Positions 49,673 to 60,144 of a stretch of DNA of 64,000 nucleotides are shown piece after piece (the stretch's first letter is position 1; each line of letters starts with the position of its first letter). The stretch is from contig CANQUH010000002.1 of the NCBI GenBank assembly GCA_947626965.1, positions 1-64,000 on the forward strand. Direction: 5' to 3'. The notes under the pieces are model-generated. The model searched no databases and was not told the origin of the DNA. It saw only the letters and a program-made list of their open reading frames with translations. The position numbers and the translations under genes are program-made. The stretch is from an uncultured Lachnospiraceae bacterium (GTDB lineage: Bacteria > Bacillota > Clostridia > Lachnospirales > Lachnospiraceae).

Positions 49673-50725
49673 TCATAATTTCCCGTAAAGCAGAGCCTCC
49701 AGCCCGTACTGCAGCGCCTTCTCCTCCACAATGCCGCGCGGTTCTTCCCCAAAACTCTCGATAAAATTTCCGATCAGCTGACCGCGGTACTGCTCCCTCA
49801 GCTCCTCAACGTGAAACGCCGGCGTCGTCCTGTCCTCGACGTCCACAACCCTGCCGCATTTTTTGTACTCGCGTATGTCTGGAATCAGCCGCGGAGATTT
49901 CTGTCCGACAAGCCTGATCTTATACATATTCTGCTGACCTTCCTTAAAAATCAGGCCGGATATCTTTTCGCGAAGCGAATATACGGTATCCTCCTCCGTA
50001 ACCTCCACATCCCTGTGAAGGTACATCCGGGAGCATATCTCAACAAACGACAGCTTCAGCTTTCTGTGCTGCACTTCTCCCAGTATGTAGCCATGCGGTC
50101 CGACATCATTGCAGTCGATCGGTTCCAGGGCTCCGGCAAAGCGCGCAAATCCCGGAATCAGTTCCTGCGGCTTGTGGATATGTCCCAGCGCAACGTAGTC
50201 AAATCCTGACTCCTCCAGCGCCTCCTTCGAGATTGGAATGTGATTCGCGTCGCCCCCGTGGGCAAGCAGAATCCTGAAATAATCCGTTTTGTCCGGATGG
50301 ATGCTGTCGTAAAGCGGTTCCGTGATCTCCTGCTGGTGATAGCTCAAACCATAAACTTCCGTCTTCAGATCCGGAAAACGTACCTTCTCGCATTCCTGTG
50401 AAAACAAACAGACCACGTTTTTTCCCCAGCGGAAACTCTGGTACGGGGAGGAAGATTTCAGATAATCATGATTGCCGGCGATCAGAACAATCAGCGTCTT
50501 CTTCAGCGTGGAAAACAGATAATTGACCTCTTTCAGTTCCTGCACAGTCGGCTGCCGGTGAAATAAGTCTCCCGCGATCAGCAGAAGATCCACCTTCTTT
50601 TCATTCGCTTCCCTGATACATCTGCGGAAGCTCTCCCAGATTTCCCGGCCCCTGTCCCTTGCCCAGGCAAAGCCCGAATCCGGCGCGGCCCCGAGATGTA
50701 CATCTGCTATATGCATGAAACGCAT
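49673..50725 (-). CDS. DNA repair exonuclease, SbcD/Mre11-like metallophosphoesterase (YhaO-like)
   Basis: MHIADVHLGA...LLIAGDLFH...GNHD... Confidence 0.75.
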   Translation of the reverse strand: MRFMHIADVHLGAAPDSGFAWARDRGREIWESFRRCIREANEKKVDLLLIAGDLFHRQPTVQELKEVNYLFSTLKKTLIVLIAGNHDYLKSSSPYQSFRWGKNVVCLFSQECEKVRFPDLKTEVYGLSYHQQEITEPLYDSIHPDKTDYFRILLAHGGDANHIPISKEALEESGFDYVALGHIHKPQELIPGFARFAGALEPIDCNDVGPHGYILGEVQHRKLKLSFVEICSRMYLHRDVEVTEEDTVYSLREKISGLIFKEGQQNMYKIRLVGQKSPRLIPDIREYKKCGRVVDVEDRTTPAFHVEELREQYRGQLIGNFIESFGEEPRGIVEEKALQYGLEALLYGKL

Positions 50726-50845
50726 ATGTCTCCCTCCCTTGCCATACTTCTCTTGTTAAATCCCGTTAAAACCTGCGTGCGGAAACGTCATCCTGACGGT
50801 GGTTGTCAGAAAATATCCCACAACCCCTCTGTGAAACGTTTTCCG

Positions 50846-52516
50846 TCACAGCAGTCGGTACCGCGCAATTCCCGCAAGTATCTCCTGCTCGCGCACCGCC
50901 GCGGGCGCTCCTGCCCCGTAATTCTTCGGAATCATCGAAACAAGCCCGTCCCGCTCTTGCTTTACAAACGCCTCATGCGCAAGCGCGGCCGCGCTCTTTT
51001 TGCCGTCAGCCAGCCGTTCCAGCACATACTGAAGAATATAGCCGAGCGCTGCCGTCTGTGTCTCATCCGTAATCTGTTCCAGATAGCGCAGGTCGATCTC
51101 CGACCGGTCAAGCGAGAGTGTATCCCACCCGTGGACGCGCATTTTCTCAATTTTCTTTTTGCGCACCGGATAGCGGAGCCATTCCTTCTTCTGCACCTGT
51201 TCGTCCGGTATCACCGCCTGTTCCTGCGCGATCTTCTTCGCCTTCTCCGTCACATCCCTCGCCTCGTAGCAGTCCATCTGCACGACGGTGTCCGCCACCG
51301 AAAGATACGCTCCCGAACTTCCCACGACCAGCACCGTCGAGACGCCGAGCGCCTGGTACAGAGCGCGCACCTTGCGGATAAACGGCGTGATCGGCTCCTT
51401 CTCGTCGGCAACCAGACGGGCCATCACCTCATCCCTGACCATGAAATTGGTCGCGGAGGTGTCCTCGTCAATCAGAAGCACGCGGCTGCCGCAGGAAAGC
51501 GCCTCCACCGTGTTCGCGGCCTGCGAGGTGCTGCCGCTCGCGTTCTCTGTCCCGAAGCGCACCGTATCCGTACGGCTGGGCAGATGACTGATAAACATGG
51601 AGATATCCTCCTGATGAATACATCTCCCCTCCTCCGCGCGGAGCTTGAAGGCTGTCCGGTCCGTGATTACGTACTCCCTTCCGTCGCCGCTGATATGATT
51701 GTAGACGCCCCGCTCGATGGCCTTGAGCAGCGTGGATTTGCCGTGATAGCCGCCGCCCACGATCACCGTGACGCCGCGGCGGATGCCCATTCCTCTCAGT
51801 TCCCCTTTATGCGGAAGTGTCATCGTCACCGCCAGACTGTCCGGACTTTTGAACTTCACGGCATCCTTCATCGGCCGCTGCGAAATTCCGCTCTCGCGCG
51901 GCAGTACCGCTCCGTCCGCCACAAACGAGACAAGCCCCCTCTTTTCCAGTTCTTCCCGGATATATTCCTGATCATCTGCCAGCTCCACAGCCCTGGTCAT
52001 ACCGCGCACCAGATCCGGGCATACCGCGAACGTCTGCTCCGCCGCTTCCGGAAGCACGCGAAACAGGATCTCCTCCAATTCCCGCGCGGCAATGGTCCGC
52101 CCGTAGGCCGGGAAACCCACCTCAATCCTCACCTCTATGACATCGCGCGAAAGCAGAACAGCCGTCCTCTCCAGCACTTCCTGCCCAACCCGGCAGGCCG
52201 TGATCAGCCCGCTCTTTCCGGAACCCTTCCGGCCGTCCCCGGAAGCCTCACGCAGGCTTCGGTGCAGCCTGCGCAGAAGAAAATCCTCCGCCGCCGCTTT
52301 GCGCGCTTTCGTCTTAAAAAATTCTTCCTTTATATTTCCTTTATTCTTATACAGAATCCTCACACGCGACGGCGTCGCGAACGGATCCCCCTGCACATGG
52401 TCAATGCTCAGGCAGTACGCGTCAAACTCATACATTCCCTCGAGCTCCTTGTACGCCTTATAGCTCTTGTGATCAATCTGCGCGAGATGCCGTTTTAACT
52501 CTTCCCTTGTTTTCAT
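50846..52516 (-). CDS. ABC-ATPase domain protein (predicted ATPase of the ABC class, PF09818-like)
   Basis: MKTREELKRHLAQIDHKSYKAYKEL... N-terminus and GVTVIVGGGYHGKSTLLKAI Walker A. Confidence 0.6.
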   Translation of the reverse strand: MKTREELKRHLAQIDHKSYKAYKELEGMYEFDAYCLSIDHVQGDPFATPSRVRILYKNKGNIKEEFFKTKARKAAAEDFLLRRLHRSLREASGDGRKGSGKSGLITACRVGQEVLERTAVLLSRDVIEVRIEVGFPAYGRTIAARELEEILFRVLPEAAEQTFAVCPDLVRGMTRAVELADDQEYIREELEKRGLVSFVADGAVLPRESGISQRPMKDAVKFKSPDSLAVTMTLPHKGELRGMGIRRGVTVIVGGGYHGKSTLLKAIERGVYNHISGDGREYVITDRTAFKLRAEEGRCIHQEDISMFISHLPSRTDTVRFGTENASGSTSQAANTVEALSCGSRVLLIDEDTSATNFMVRDEVMARLVADEKEPITPFIRKVRALYQALGVSTVLVVGSSGAYLSVADTVVQMDCYEARDVTEKAKKIAQEQAVIPDEQVQKKEWLRYPVRKKKIEKMRVHGWDTLSLDRSEIDLRYLEQITDETQTAALGYILQYVLERLADGKKSAAALAHEAFVKQERDGLVSMIPKNYGAGAPAAVREQEILAGIARYRLL

Positions 52517-52758
52517 GGTTACAGTTCTCCTTTTGTTTCAGCCCGCGTTCATGGCTTTGCTTTACGTTCCATTATAACACGGAGATACTTTTTTACCACA
52601 TAAATTTTTCCGTAAAAATTCTGCCAGACCGTCTGCCGGTGTTTTCTCAGGCAAATTCAGAAATCCAATTGCAAAATTGTTGATGAAACCATAAAATAGA
52701 TGCAGGACAGCATGCGAATCGCGCCAAAGCAAAGCGATACACGAAAGGGGGACATATC

Positions 52759-54450
52759 ATGCGGGTTGTCGGAATCGGAAAACAGGATTTTGCGGATGTC
52801 AGAAAAAGCGGCGTATTTTACATTGACAAAACACATTTTATCAAGGCATGGTGGGACAGCCAGGACAGCGTGACGCTGATCACCCGCCCGCGCCGTTTTG
52901 GAAAAACGCTGACGCTCAGCATGACAGAAGCGTTCTTCTCCATCGAATACGCCGACAGGGGATCGTTATTCGATGGACTTTCCATCTGGGAGGACGAACA
53001 GTTCCGTTCTCTTCAGGGAACTTTCCCGGTGATCAGCCTGTCATTTTCCACGGTAAAGGAAACTTCCTTTGCGGCCGCACGCGAGCGGATCTATCAGCTT
53101 CTCACAGATCTGTACAGTCAGCATGAATTTCTGATGGAAAGCGGCGTACTGACAGAAAAAGAGCGGCAGTATTTCTGCAGCGTGAATATGGATATGTCTG
53201 AGGTGACAGCCACCATGTCCCTGCACAGACTCTCGCAGTTTCTCGCGAAATATTACGGAAAAAAGGTGATCCTTCTTCTGGATGAATACGACACGCCGAT
53301 GCAGGAAGCCTATGCCTGCGGCTACTGGGAACAGCTTACCTCGTTCATCAGAAGCCTGTTCAACGCTTCCTTTAAGACAAATCCTTATATGGAGCGCGCG
53401 CTTATGACCGGGATTACGCGGGTCAGCCGTGAGTCCGTTTTTTCCGATCTGAATAATCTCGTAGTCGTTACGACAACCTCGGACCTGTACGCGGATTGTT
53501 TCGGATTTACCGAAACTGAAGTAAGAGAAGCGCTGAAAGAGTACCACCTTTCCGGGGAAGAACAGAACGTGAGAACCTGGTATGACGGATTCTGTTTCGG
53601 CAAGATCAAATCCATCTACAATCCATGGTCCATCCTCAATTATCTGAAAACAGGAAAATTTGAGCCATACTGGGCAAATACCAGCAGCAACAGTCTGATC
53701 GGAACACTTCTGAAAGAAGGAAGCAGGGAGATCAAACTGGCTTTTGAATCGCTCCTCCAGGGAGAAACGCTGCGGGCAAATATTGACGAACAGATTGTGT
53801 ACAGTCAGCTGGATCAGGATGAAACGGCGGTTTTCAGTCTCCTGCTCGCCGCCGGTTATCTGAAAGTAAATCAGAAAAAAGAGCCCGAAATGTCGGACGG
53901 AGACTGGGAACCGTCATACGATCTGGAGCTCACGAATCTTGAAGTGAAATTAATGTTTCAGAATCTGGTACGCCGATGGTTCGGACCGGCACGGTCAGAT
54001 TACAATGATTTTATAAAGGCGCTGCTCGCAGATGATGCGGAAGCCATGAATGAATATATGAACCGGGTCGCGCTTAATACATTCAGCTTTTTTGATACGG
54101 GAAACCGCCCCTCAAAGAAGACGGAGCCGGAACGTTTCTATCATGGTTTTGTGCTGGGGCTGATCGTGGATCTGGCGGACCGCTACCACATCACTTCCAA
54201 CCGTGAGAGCGGGTTTGGCCGGTACGACATTATGCTGGAACCAAAAAAAAGCGGACTGAAAGCAGTCATACTGGAATTTAAAGTCCGCAGTCCCATGAAC
54301 GAGAAAGACCTCTCCGATACCGTGCACGCGGCTCTGGCACAGATCGAACAGAAAAAATATAAGCAGGTGCTTATCGCAAAGGGATTTCCGGAAGAAAAGA
54401 TCCGCTGTTACGGGTTCGCGTTTGAGGGGAAAAATGTGCTGATTGGGTGA
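52759..54450 (+). CDS. AAA-ATPase-like plus C-terminal PD-(D/E)xK nuclease family protein (the many-paralog AAA-ATPase/PDDEXK_9 family of gut anaerobes)
   Basis: FYIDKTHFIKAWW...ITRPRRFGKTLTLSMTEAFF...LLLDEYD... C-terminal ...GRYDIMLEP...VILEFKV... PD-(D/E)xK-like. Confidence 0.65.
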   Translation: MRVVGIGKQDFADVRKSGVFYIDKTHFIKAWWDSQDSVTLITRPRRFGKTLTLSMTEAFFSIEYADRGSLFDGLSIWEDEQFRSLQGTFPVISLSFSTVKETSFAAARERIYQLLTDLYSQHEFLMESGVLTEKERQYFCSVNMDMSEVTATMSLHRLSQFLAKYYGKKVILLLDEYDTPMQEAYACGYWEQLTSFIRSLFNASFKTNPYMERALMTGITRVSRESVFSDLNNLVVVTTTSDLYADCFGFTETEVREALKEYHLSGEEQNVRTWYDGFCFGKIKSIYNPWSILNYLKTGKFEPYWANTSSNSLIGTLLKEGSREIKLAFESLLQGETLRANIDEQIVYSQLDQDETAVFSLLLAAGYLKVNQKKEPEMSDGDWEPSYDLELTNLEVKLMFQNLVRRWFGPARSDYNDFIKALLADDAEAMNEYMNRVALNTFSFFDTGNRPSKKTEPERFYHGFVLGLIVDLADRYHITSNRESGFGRYDIMLEPKKSGLKAVILEFKVRSPMNEKDLSDTVHAALAQIEQKKYKQVLIAKGFPEEKIRCYGFAFEGKNVLIG

Positions 54451-54572
54451 AGCTTCACCGCCTGGAGTTCGGCGGCAGCCGCTCCCTTTGCGAACTCTCG
54501 CCACAGACTGACGGCATGCCTGTCATACTGCTCAAAAAAAACGCTGTCTCCCGACAGCGCTTTTTTATTAGT

Positions 54573-56981
54573 TTAATAATTCCATGTCTTAGTTTCTTCA
54601 TCATACAACGTGTTTCCGCAATAAACGCATATATCTACATAATGGCAATCGTCCCCACCGCAATCATGACCAGGAAGTGCACATCTGCGTCCCAGCTTAT
54701 GAGCTGTTTTCGGAATCGACCTGGTAGCACCTGTATGTTCACAGACGGTACAGTAATCTTGTTCCATTCCTTCTTTCTGGCAGGTAGGATTTTCTATAAC
54801 CCTGGTCGCCCATACATGCGCTGTTGTCGGAATCTCTCTGGTCTTTTCTTCTTGGCATACCGTACAGGTTGCCTTTTCCTGCCCCTTGGTTCCACATGAC
54901 GCCGGCATCACAACCGTCCACGTTCCATATGTATGACCGGTTGCCGGAATTGCTACAGTGATTGACGCGCCGCATCCGTACTTACAGAAAACGTTCTTTG
55001 TTCCGGCTGTCGTGCAGGTTGCAGCCGTGACAACTCTTTCGTCGCCGCAGAAGTCATGTCCCTGCTTCCCAGCCTGTGTCTCTGTCTTTCCGCAGACGGT
55101 ACAAGCTGCCGGCGAGCACGGGAAATTCTTCCCTTCATACTTATGGCTTCCGTAACTGGTTGTCTTCGTATATTTCTGTCCACATCCTGTTCTTGTGCAT
55201 GTTTCTTCTATCTTGCCTTTTTCCAGACAGGTTCCTGGTGTTTCTTTCACACTAAACTCATGTCCAAGCGGGTCAACGATCTTATTGCTGCCCTTTGTCT
55301 CGCCGCAGATCGTGCATTTCTGAATCTTGTATCCTGTTTTTACACAAGTCGGGGCTTTTGTGATCACCCAGTCCCAGTTGTGCTCACATTCTTTCGGCTG
55401 CTCCGGCTCTGTCTCCGTGATTTCAGGCGCCGGCTGCTCCGTCATTTTTTCAGTCTCAGCTTCTGTTTCCACCTTTTCTGTTGCTTTTTCGGTCTCTGTT
55501 TCAGGTGCCGGCTGCTCCACCGCTTTTCCGGTTTCAGTCTCGGTTTCCGGCTGCTTCACTGTCTGCTTAGGCTCAGCTTTAACTGCCGGCTGTTCTGCCG
55601 CTTTTTCAGGCTCAGCTTTAACTGCTGGCTGTTCTGCCGCCTTTTTGGTCTCTGTCTTAATCTCAGCCTTGGGTTCGGCTGCTTTCTCGGTCTCGACTGC
55701 CTTCTTGGTCTCTACCTTTGGTTCAGCTGCTTTCTCGGTCTCAACTGCCTTCTTGGTCTCTGCCTTGGGTTCAGCCGCTTTCTCAGTCTCCGCCGCCTTC
55801 TTTGTTTCGGTTGCTTTCTTTGTCTCAGGCTTTGTTTCAACTGCTTTTTCAGTCTCCGCTGCCTTCTTGGTCTCTACCTTTGGTTCAGCTGCTTTCTCGG
55901 TTTCCGCCGCCTTCTTCGTCTCTACCTTTGTTTCAGCCGCTTTCTTCGTCTCGGCCTTGGGTTCGGCTGCTTTCTCAGTTTCCGCTGTCTTCTTGGTCTC
56001 TACCTTGGGTTCAGCTGCTTTCTCGGTTTCCGCCGCCTTCTTTGTCTCGACCTTGGTTTCAGTTGCTTTCTTTGTCTCGGTCTTTGGTTCTGCCGCTTTC
56101 TCGGTCTCTGCCGCCTTCTTGACTTCCGTCTTGGGCTCGGCCGCTTTCTTGGTCTCAGCCTTTGGTTCGGCTGCTTTCTCGGTTTCAGCTACCTTCTTAG
56201 TCTCAGCCTTTGGTTCGGCTGCTTTCTCAGTTTCAGCTGTCTTCTTAGTCTCTACCTTGGGCTCTGCTGCCTTTTTCGTCTCTACCTTAGGTTCAACCGT
56301 TTTCTTAACTTCTGTTGTCTTGGTTTCGGCCGCTTTCTTGGTTTCGGTCTTAGGTTCAGCTGCCTTCTTTGTCTCGACCTTTGTTTCGGTTGCTTTCTTT
56401 GTCTCGGTCTTGGGTTCAACCGCTTTTTCTGTCTCGGCCGCCTTCTTGACTTCTGTCTTTGGCTCAGCTGCTTTCTCGGTCTCTGCTGCTTTCTTCGTCT
56501 CTGCCTTTGGTTCAGCTGCTTTTTCGGCCTCAGTTTCGGTCACTTTCTGAACCTCCACTTTGGTTCCGGTTGTCTCGGCTGCTTTCCTGGCCTCAGTCTC
56601 AGTTACTTTTGGGGTTTCCACTTTGGCTCCGGCTGCCTCGGTCACTTTGGGAACTTCCACTTTGGTCTCAGCCGCTGTGGCTGCTTTTTTAGCTGCTGTC
56701 CCGGCTTTTACAGTTGTTTTTTTCGTTTCAGACGCTTTTGCCTTTTTGGTTTTCGCTTTTTCTTTCTTGTTTTTCTTTTCCTTTGTGGTCTTTGTCTTTT
56801 CTTTCTTGTTTTCTTTCGCCTTTTTCGCTTTTTCTTTCTTGTTCTTCTTCGTCTTCTTGGTCTTCGCTTTCTTGGCTTCGGTAGTTTTTGCGGACACCGG
56901 AAGCGCCGTAACATCTGCCACCATACTAATTGTCAGCATTGCAATGATAATCATACATACGATATTATTTCTTCTCTTCAT
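54573..56981 (-). CDS. Secreted highly repetitive protein. Signal peptide, Lys-rich segment, about 40 tandem 16-aa AETKKAAETEKAAEPK-type repeats, then a C-terminal Cys-rich repeat domain.
   Basis: Start ATG at 56981 with GGGAGGA RBS; MKRRNNIVCMIIIAMLTISMVADVTALPVSA. Near-perfect 48-bp DNA periodicity across 55440-56700. The C-terminal 280 aa contain at least 6 repeats of ...(T/A)xATCTxxGxKxxxCxxCGxT....IPxxGH... Confidence 0.6.
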   Translation of the reverse strand: MKRRNNIVCMIIIAMLTISMVADVTALPVSAKTTEAKKAKTKKTKKNKKEKAKKAKENKKEKTKTTKEKKNKKEKAKTKKAKASETKKTTVKAGTAAKKAATAAETKVEVPKVTEAAGAKVETPKVTETEARKAAETTGTKVEVQKVTETEAEKAAEPKAETKKAAETEKAAEPKTEVKKAAETEKAVEPKTETKKATETKVETKKAAEPKTETKKAAETKTTEVKKTVEPKVETKKAAEPKVETKKTAETEKAAEPKAETKKVAETEKAAEPKAETKKAAEPKTEVKKAAETEKAAEPKTETKKATETKVETKKAAETEKAAEPKVETKKTAETEKAAEPKAETKKAAETKVETKKAAETEKAAEPKVETKKAAETEKAVETKPETKKATETKKAAETEKAAEPKAETKKAVETEKAAEPKVETKKAVETEKAAEPKAEIKTETKKAAEQPAVKAEPEKAAEQPAVKAEPKQTVKQPETETETGKAVEQPAPETETEKATEKVETEAETEKMTEQPAPEITETEPEQPKECEHNWDWVITKAPTCVKTGYKIQKCTICGETKGSNKIVDPLGHEFSVKETPGTCLEKGKIEETCTRTGCGQKYTKTTSYGSHKYEGKNFPCSPAACTVCGKTETQAGKQGHDFCGDERVVTAATCTTAGTKNVFCKYGCGASITVAIPATGHTYGTWTVVMPASCGTKGQEKATCTVCQEEKTREIPTTAHVWATRVIENPTCQKEGMEQDYCTVCEHTGATRSIPKTAHKLGRRCALPGHDCGGDDCHYVDICVYCGNTLYDEETKTWNY

Positions 56982-57102
56982 AAGAAGTCCTCCCTTCGAA
57001 TCTTGCTTCAAGACTCACCGTGACATGATTTATAATCCGTATCCTACCTTTCCTCAGGCCTTGTCTGGTCCTTTGGAGCAGTCATTGCAAAAGCCGAACT
57101 CA

Positions 57103-57142
57103 CCGAAAACAAAAATGACCGCTGTATCCTGAGATAGCGGTC
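57103..57142 (-). terminator. Terminator after spoVAB.
   Basis: gaccgctgtatcctgagatagcggtc hairpin, then on the minus strand ATTTTTGTTTTCGG. Confidence 0.6.
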
Positions 57143-57391
57143 ACCAAAATCTTCGCGTGTCAAAACGGCAACCGGCTGTCATAGTCGTGTGGACTTTAGA
57201 CCCTTAGCTTTGCGTCCCTGCCTTTCGACAGGTTTGCCTTTTACAATGATTACGTATTTGTATTCCCTTGCGTTGGGAACAGTATACTCTCTGCCGGCGC
57301 AAATGTCAACTGTTATTTTGTATTTTATCTTTACTTTATTTTTACTTTATTTTCACTCAATTGTTAAAAAATGATTTTTAAAGACTGACTT

Positions 57392-57883
57392 CTATCCCTT
57401 TCCCCATCTCATATAAAAGTGCATCAGGCTTCCCGCCGTCTTCCCGAGCGCCAGCGCAATCACAAGCCAGCTCATCCCTTTCACAATGCCGAATCTGCGG
57501 CAGAATACGGGAAATACGTTGATGACCTCCGCGAGGGCCATGATCCAGCCGCCGACAAATATTCCCATAAACACGCCGAACAGGATCAGCGCAGCCATTC
57601 CGATCATACCAGGTATAACCGCACAGGGTTTTACCTCAAACACGGTCAGAACCGTGCCCGCGACCGCACCGGCCAGAATCGCGTCCTCATACAGCTCTAC
57701 CCGTTTCGCCGTGTGCGTGATCCCGATAAAGCGTGTGATGACGCCGAGGCCGATCATGAGCGCGACGACGCCTCCCGAAACCAGAAAACCAGAGGAAAAT
57801 CCTACGATCCCAAGAAAAATCTGCTCTGTCATTTGTCTGCTGTCCTCCTTCTGATTCTTCCTCTCTGCGATATCTCTTTCCAC
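57392..57883 (-). CDS. spoVAB: Stage V sporulation protein AB-like membrane protein
   Basis: Small protein with 4 TM segments immediately downstream of spoVAA. Glycine-rich TM segments as in SpoVAB. Confidence 0.5.
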   Translation of the reverse strand: MERDIAERKNQKEDSRQMTEQIFLGIVGFSSGFLVSGGVVALMIGLGVITRFIGITHTAKRVELYEDAILAGAVAGTVLTVFEVKPCAVIPGMIGMAALILFGVFMGIFVGGWIMALAEVINVFPVFCRRFGIVKGMSWLVIALALGKTAGSLMHFYMRWGKG

Positions 57884-57941
57884 CGGTCAAATGTTCCGAT
57901 GCCGGAGGCAAAAGGCATCCTTCCACATGATATCTTCGATT

Positions 57942-58562
57942 TCAGGGCGTCTTTTCCTTCCGGTTCCCGGATTCGATCAGCGTCGTATCCACATCGTCCT
58001 CGTAGGTCCGCATCTCGATCTCCAGCGGCGTCGGATCCGCTTTCCCGCGGTTCCTCGCAAAGTGATGGAAAAACAGCAGAATCCCAAGACCGACTCCTAA
58101 AGAATATGTCACCTCGAGTATCGTGAATCCGTTCGACGCATCGCCGGTAAACTGCTCATAGAGCTGCCCGAACAGCGTCGTGATCCCGACATCATTGTTG
58201 AATGCCATGATCGAGAAAGCCGCTCCGAAAAACGAAAGGAAGCAGACAAAAACCGTTTTGCACCAGGCCCACGCATCTGGCATGTTCTGATCTTTTTCCA
58301 CAGTGATGATAAAATCCGCTTCCCCCAGATTACTGATCTCCAGATTCGGGTATTCCTGCTGGATCACCTCGATCACATCAAACACGGAAAACACATAGCG
58401 CCCCGGCCCCCTGATAATTTCCGTGGGAAGCCGCAGGGTTTTCACTTTATTTTCGATGGCTTTCTGCGCGCAGCAGACTTCCGCGATATCTCTTATATAT
58501 ACCTGGTTCCCTTTTGCCTGCACATTCTTGTCAATTTTCAGATAAAGAGTCTCCGCGCTCAT
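57942..58562 (-). CDS. spoVAA: Stage V sporulation protein AA
   Basis: MSAETLYLKIDKNVQAKGNQVYIRDIAEVCCAQKAIENKVKTLRLP... 206 aa with C-terminal TM segments, the SpoVAA architecture. Confidence 0.6.
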   Translation of the reverse strand: MSAETLYLKIDKNVQAKGNQVYIRDIAEVCCAQKAIENKVKTLRLPTEIIRGPGRYVFSVFDVIEVIQQEYPNLEISNLGEADFIITVEKDQNMPDAWAWCKTVFVCFLSFFGAAFSIMAFNNDVGITTLFGQLYEQFTGDASNGFTILEVTYSLGVGLGILLFFHHFARNRGKADPTPLEIEMRTYEDDVDTTLIESGNRKEKTP

Positions 58563-58864
58563 AACAGTCTGCCCTCCGGATTTTTTCCCGGCGCGTCATA
58601 CTCCGGCGGAACATTCCTGTGCAGTACGCCGTACCCTGCCGGGATTTTTTCCTGCATTACATCGGAACCTGCTCTGTACATAACGGTTTCCGCCGACAAA
58701 TCTCTCTGCGGTACAGCGTATTTTCCCATATGGCTTCCCATCCGCGCAAGTACCGTGTCCGCGGCATGCGTACCCGGCGTATTAGTCATGTACCAGGCCG
58801 CGCCGGCGCAGGCGGCCAGAACCGCAATCAGAATCAGATACCTTAAAATAAATCTTCGATTCAA
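58559..58864 (-). CDS. Hypothetical small membrane protein (TTG start) overlapping the spoVAA start
   Basis: AAGGAGTG RBS 7 nt before TTG at 58864. One TM helix ILRYLILIAVLAACAGAAWY. Coding status uncertain. Confidence 0.3.
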   Translation of the reverse strand: MNRRFILRYLILIAVLAACAGAAWYMTNTPGTHAADTVLARMGSHMGKYAVPQRDLSAETVMYRAGSDVMQEKIPAGYGVLHRNVPPEYDAPGKNPEGRLL

Positions 58865-58884
58865 AACTCTCACTCCTTTTTTAC

Positions 58885-59070
58885 TGAGAAAGCTCCGGAC
58901 GGCGGCCATCGGCGGGCATGCTCGCATGCACCGGCGAATGGACATCGGACGGGCAAGACGGTATGAGCAATGCAGTGACACGAACGGATGTGAGTGGCAC
59001 GAATTGCGAATACCGGCGGCGATGACGAGAGTGCTGAAAGCACGGAGTCATCGGCTTTCGCTCATGGTGT
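58885..59070. repeat. Family-4 composite repeat (inverse orientation relative to 22640-22800), immediately followed by a family-1 REP copy at 59070-59130.
   Basis: Own alignment of the reverse complement of 22640-22800 against 58930-59075 gives about 75% identity with matching GCCC...GGGC palindromes. Confidence 0.6.
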
Positions 59071-59251
59071 TGCCCGCAACGCGGGCATGCTGCGTCAGCA
59101 GCTAATCTCCATATGCGGGCCTGCACATGAAAAACGGCCCCGCAAATACTGTCCTTCTGCTTTCAGTATTTGCCGAAGCCGTTCTTTTTATCCCTTCTCT
59201 TTTGCGGATCTTTTCCGGAGTTTTTCATTATGTATAAATGGCTGCAGACCT

Positions 59252-60088
59252 CTATTTTACTTTAAGAATCCGGTTCTCCGTGATCTCGATCCTCCCCTGT
59301 TTGAGCAGTCTTCCGACCGCTCTCTTGAACGCGTTTTTGCTCAGTCCGAACTCTCTCTTAATAATTTCCGGGGAAACCTTGTCATTGAACGGCAGCACGC
59401 CTTCAAATTCATCGATCACCTGCATGATGTTCTCCGCATCCTCATCAATCTGCAGATAAGCTTTTTCCCGAATACTCAGATCCAGCTTTCCATCCTCCTT
59501 CACGCCGGTCACACGCGCATGAATAAGATCCCCCGCCTTAATCCCGGACGGAACCTCTCTTGCCGGAATCAGCGCCGTATATCTGTCGTCAACAGCGACA
59601 AACGCTCCAAAATTCTCGCTGATCTCATACACCCGTCCATTTACCTGGTCCCCGACGTGATAAGGAGAATTTTTCTCCAGATAATGATACACCTTCATCG
59701 TTGCGCACAGGCGGCTGCTTTTGTCGATATACAGGGCCGCCAGACAGCTGTCGCCCGCCTGAAGCTTTGATGTCTGTTCCCGGAACGGAAGCAGCAGATC
59801 CTTCTCAAGCCCCCAGTCCAGAAACGCGCCGATCTTTGAAAGCTCCCTGACTGTCAGCACTGCTGTCTTCCCAAGTGTCAGAGCCGGCTCTCTCACGGTG
59901 GCAATCAGTCTGTCCTTTGAATCTTTATACAGAAATACTTTCAGGACGTCTCCCTGCTTTGTCCCTTCCGGCACTTCTTTTCTGGGAAGCAGAACCTTCT
60001 CTTCCCCGTCCGGCGCATCCGAAAGATAAACTCCGAACGTCACCTCTTTCACTACGACTAATTCCTGCTTTTCTCCTAATAACAGCAT
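59252..60088 (-). CDS. cvfB: CvfB/YitL family S1 RNA-binding domain protein
   Basis: Three S1-like domains plus a C-terminal winged helix: ...VTFGVYLSD...GDVLKVFLYKDSKDRLIAT... and KREFGLSKNAFKRAVGRLLKQGRI. Confidence 0.8.
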   Translation of the reverse strand: MLLLGEKQELVVVKEVTFGVYLSDAPDGEEKVLLPRKEVPEGTKQGDVLKVFLYKDSKDRLIATVREPALTLGKTAVLTVRELSKIGAFLDWGLEKDLLLPFREQTSKLQAGDSCLAALYIDKSSRLCATMKVYHYLEKNSPYHVGDQVNGRVYEISENFGAFVAVDDRYTALIPAREVPSGIKAGDLIHARVTGVKEDGKLDLSIREKAYLQIDEDAENIMQVIDEFEGVLPFNDKVSPEIIKREFGLSKNAFKRAVGRLLKQGRIEITENRILKVK

Positions 60089-60144
60089 TGGATTAACTCT
60101 CCTTATATGTATGTTTTTTTAAATCATTCATCCGCACGGCAGTA

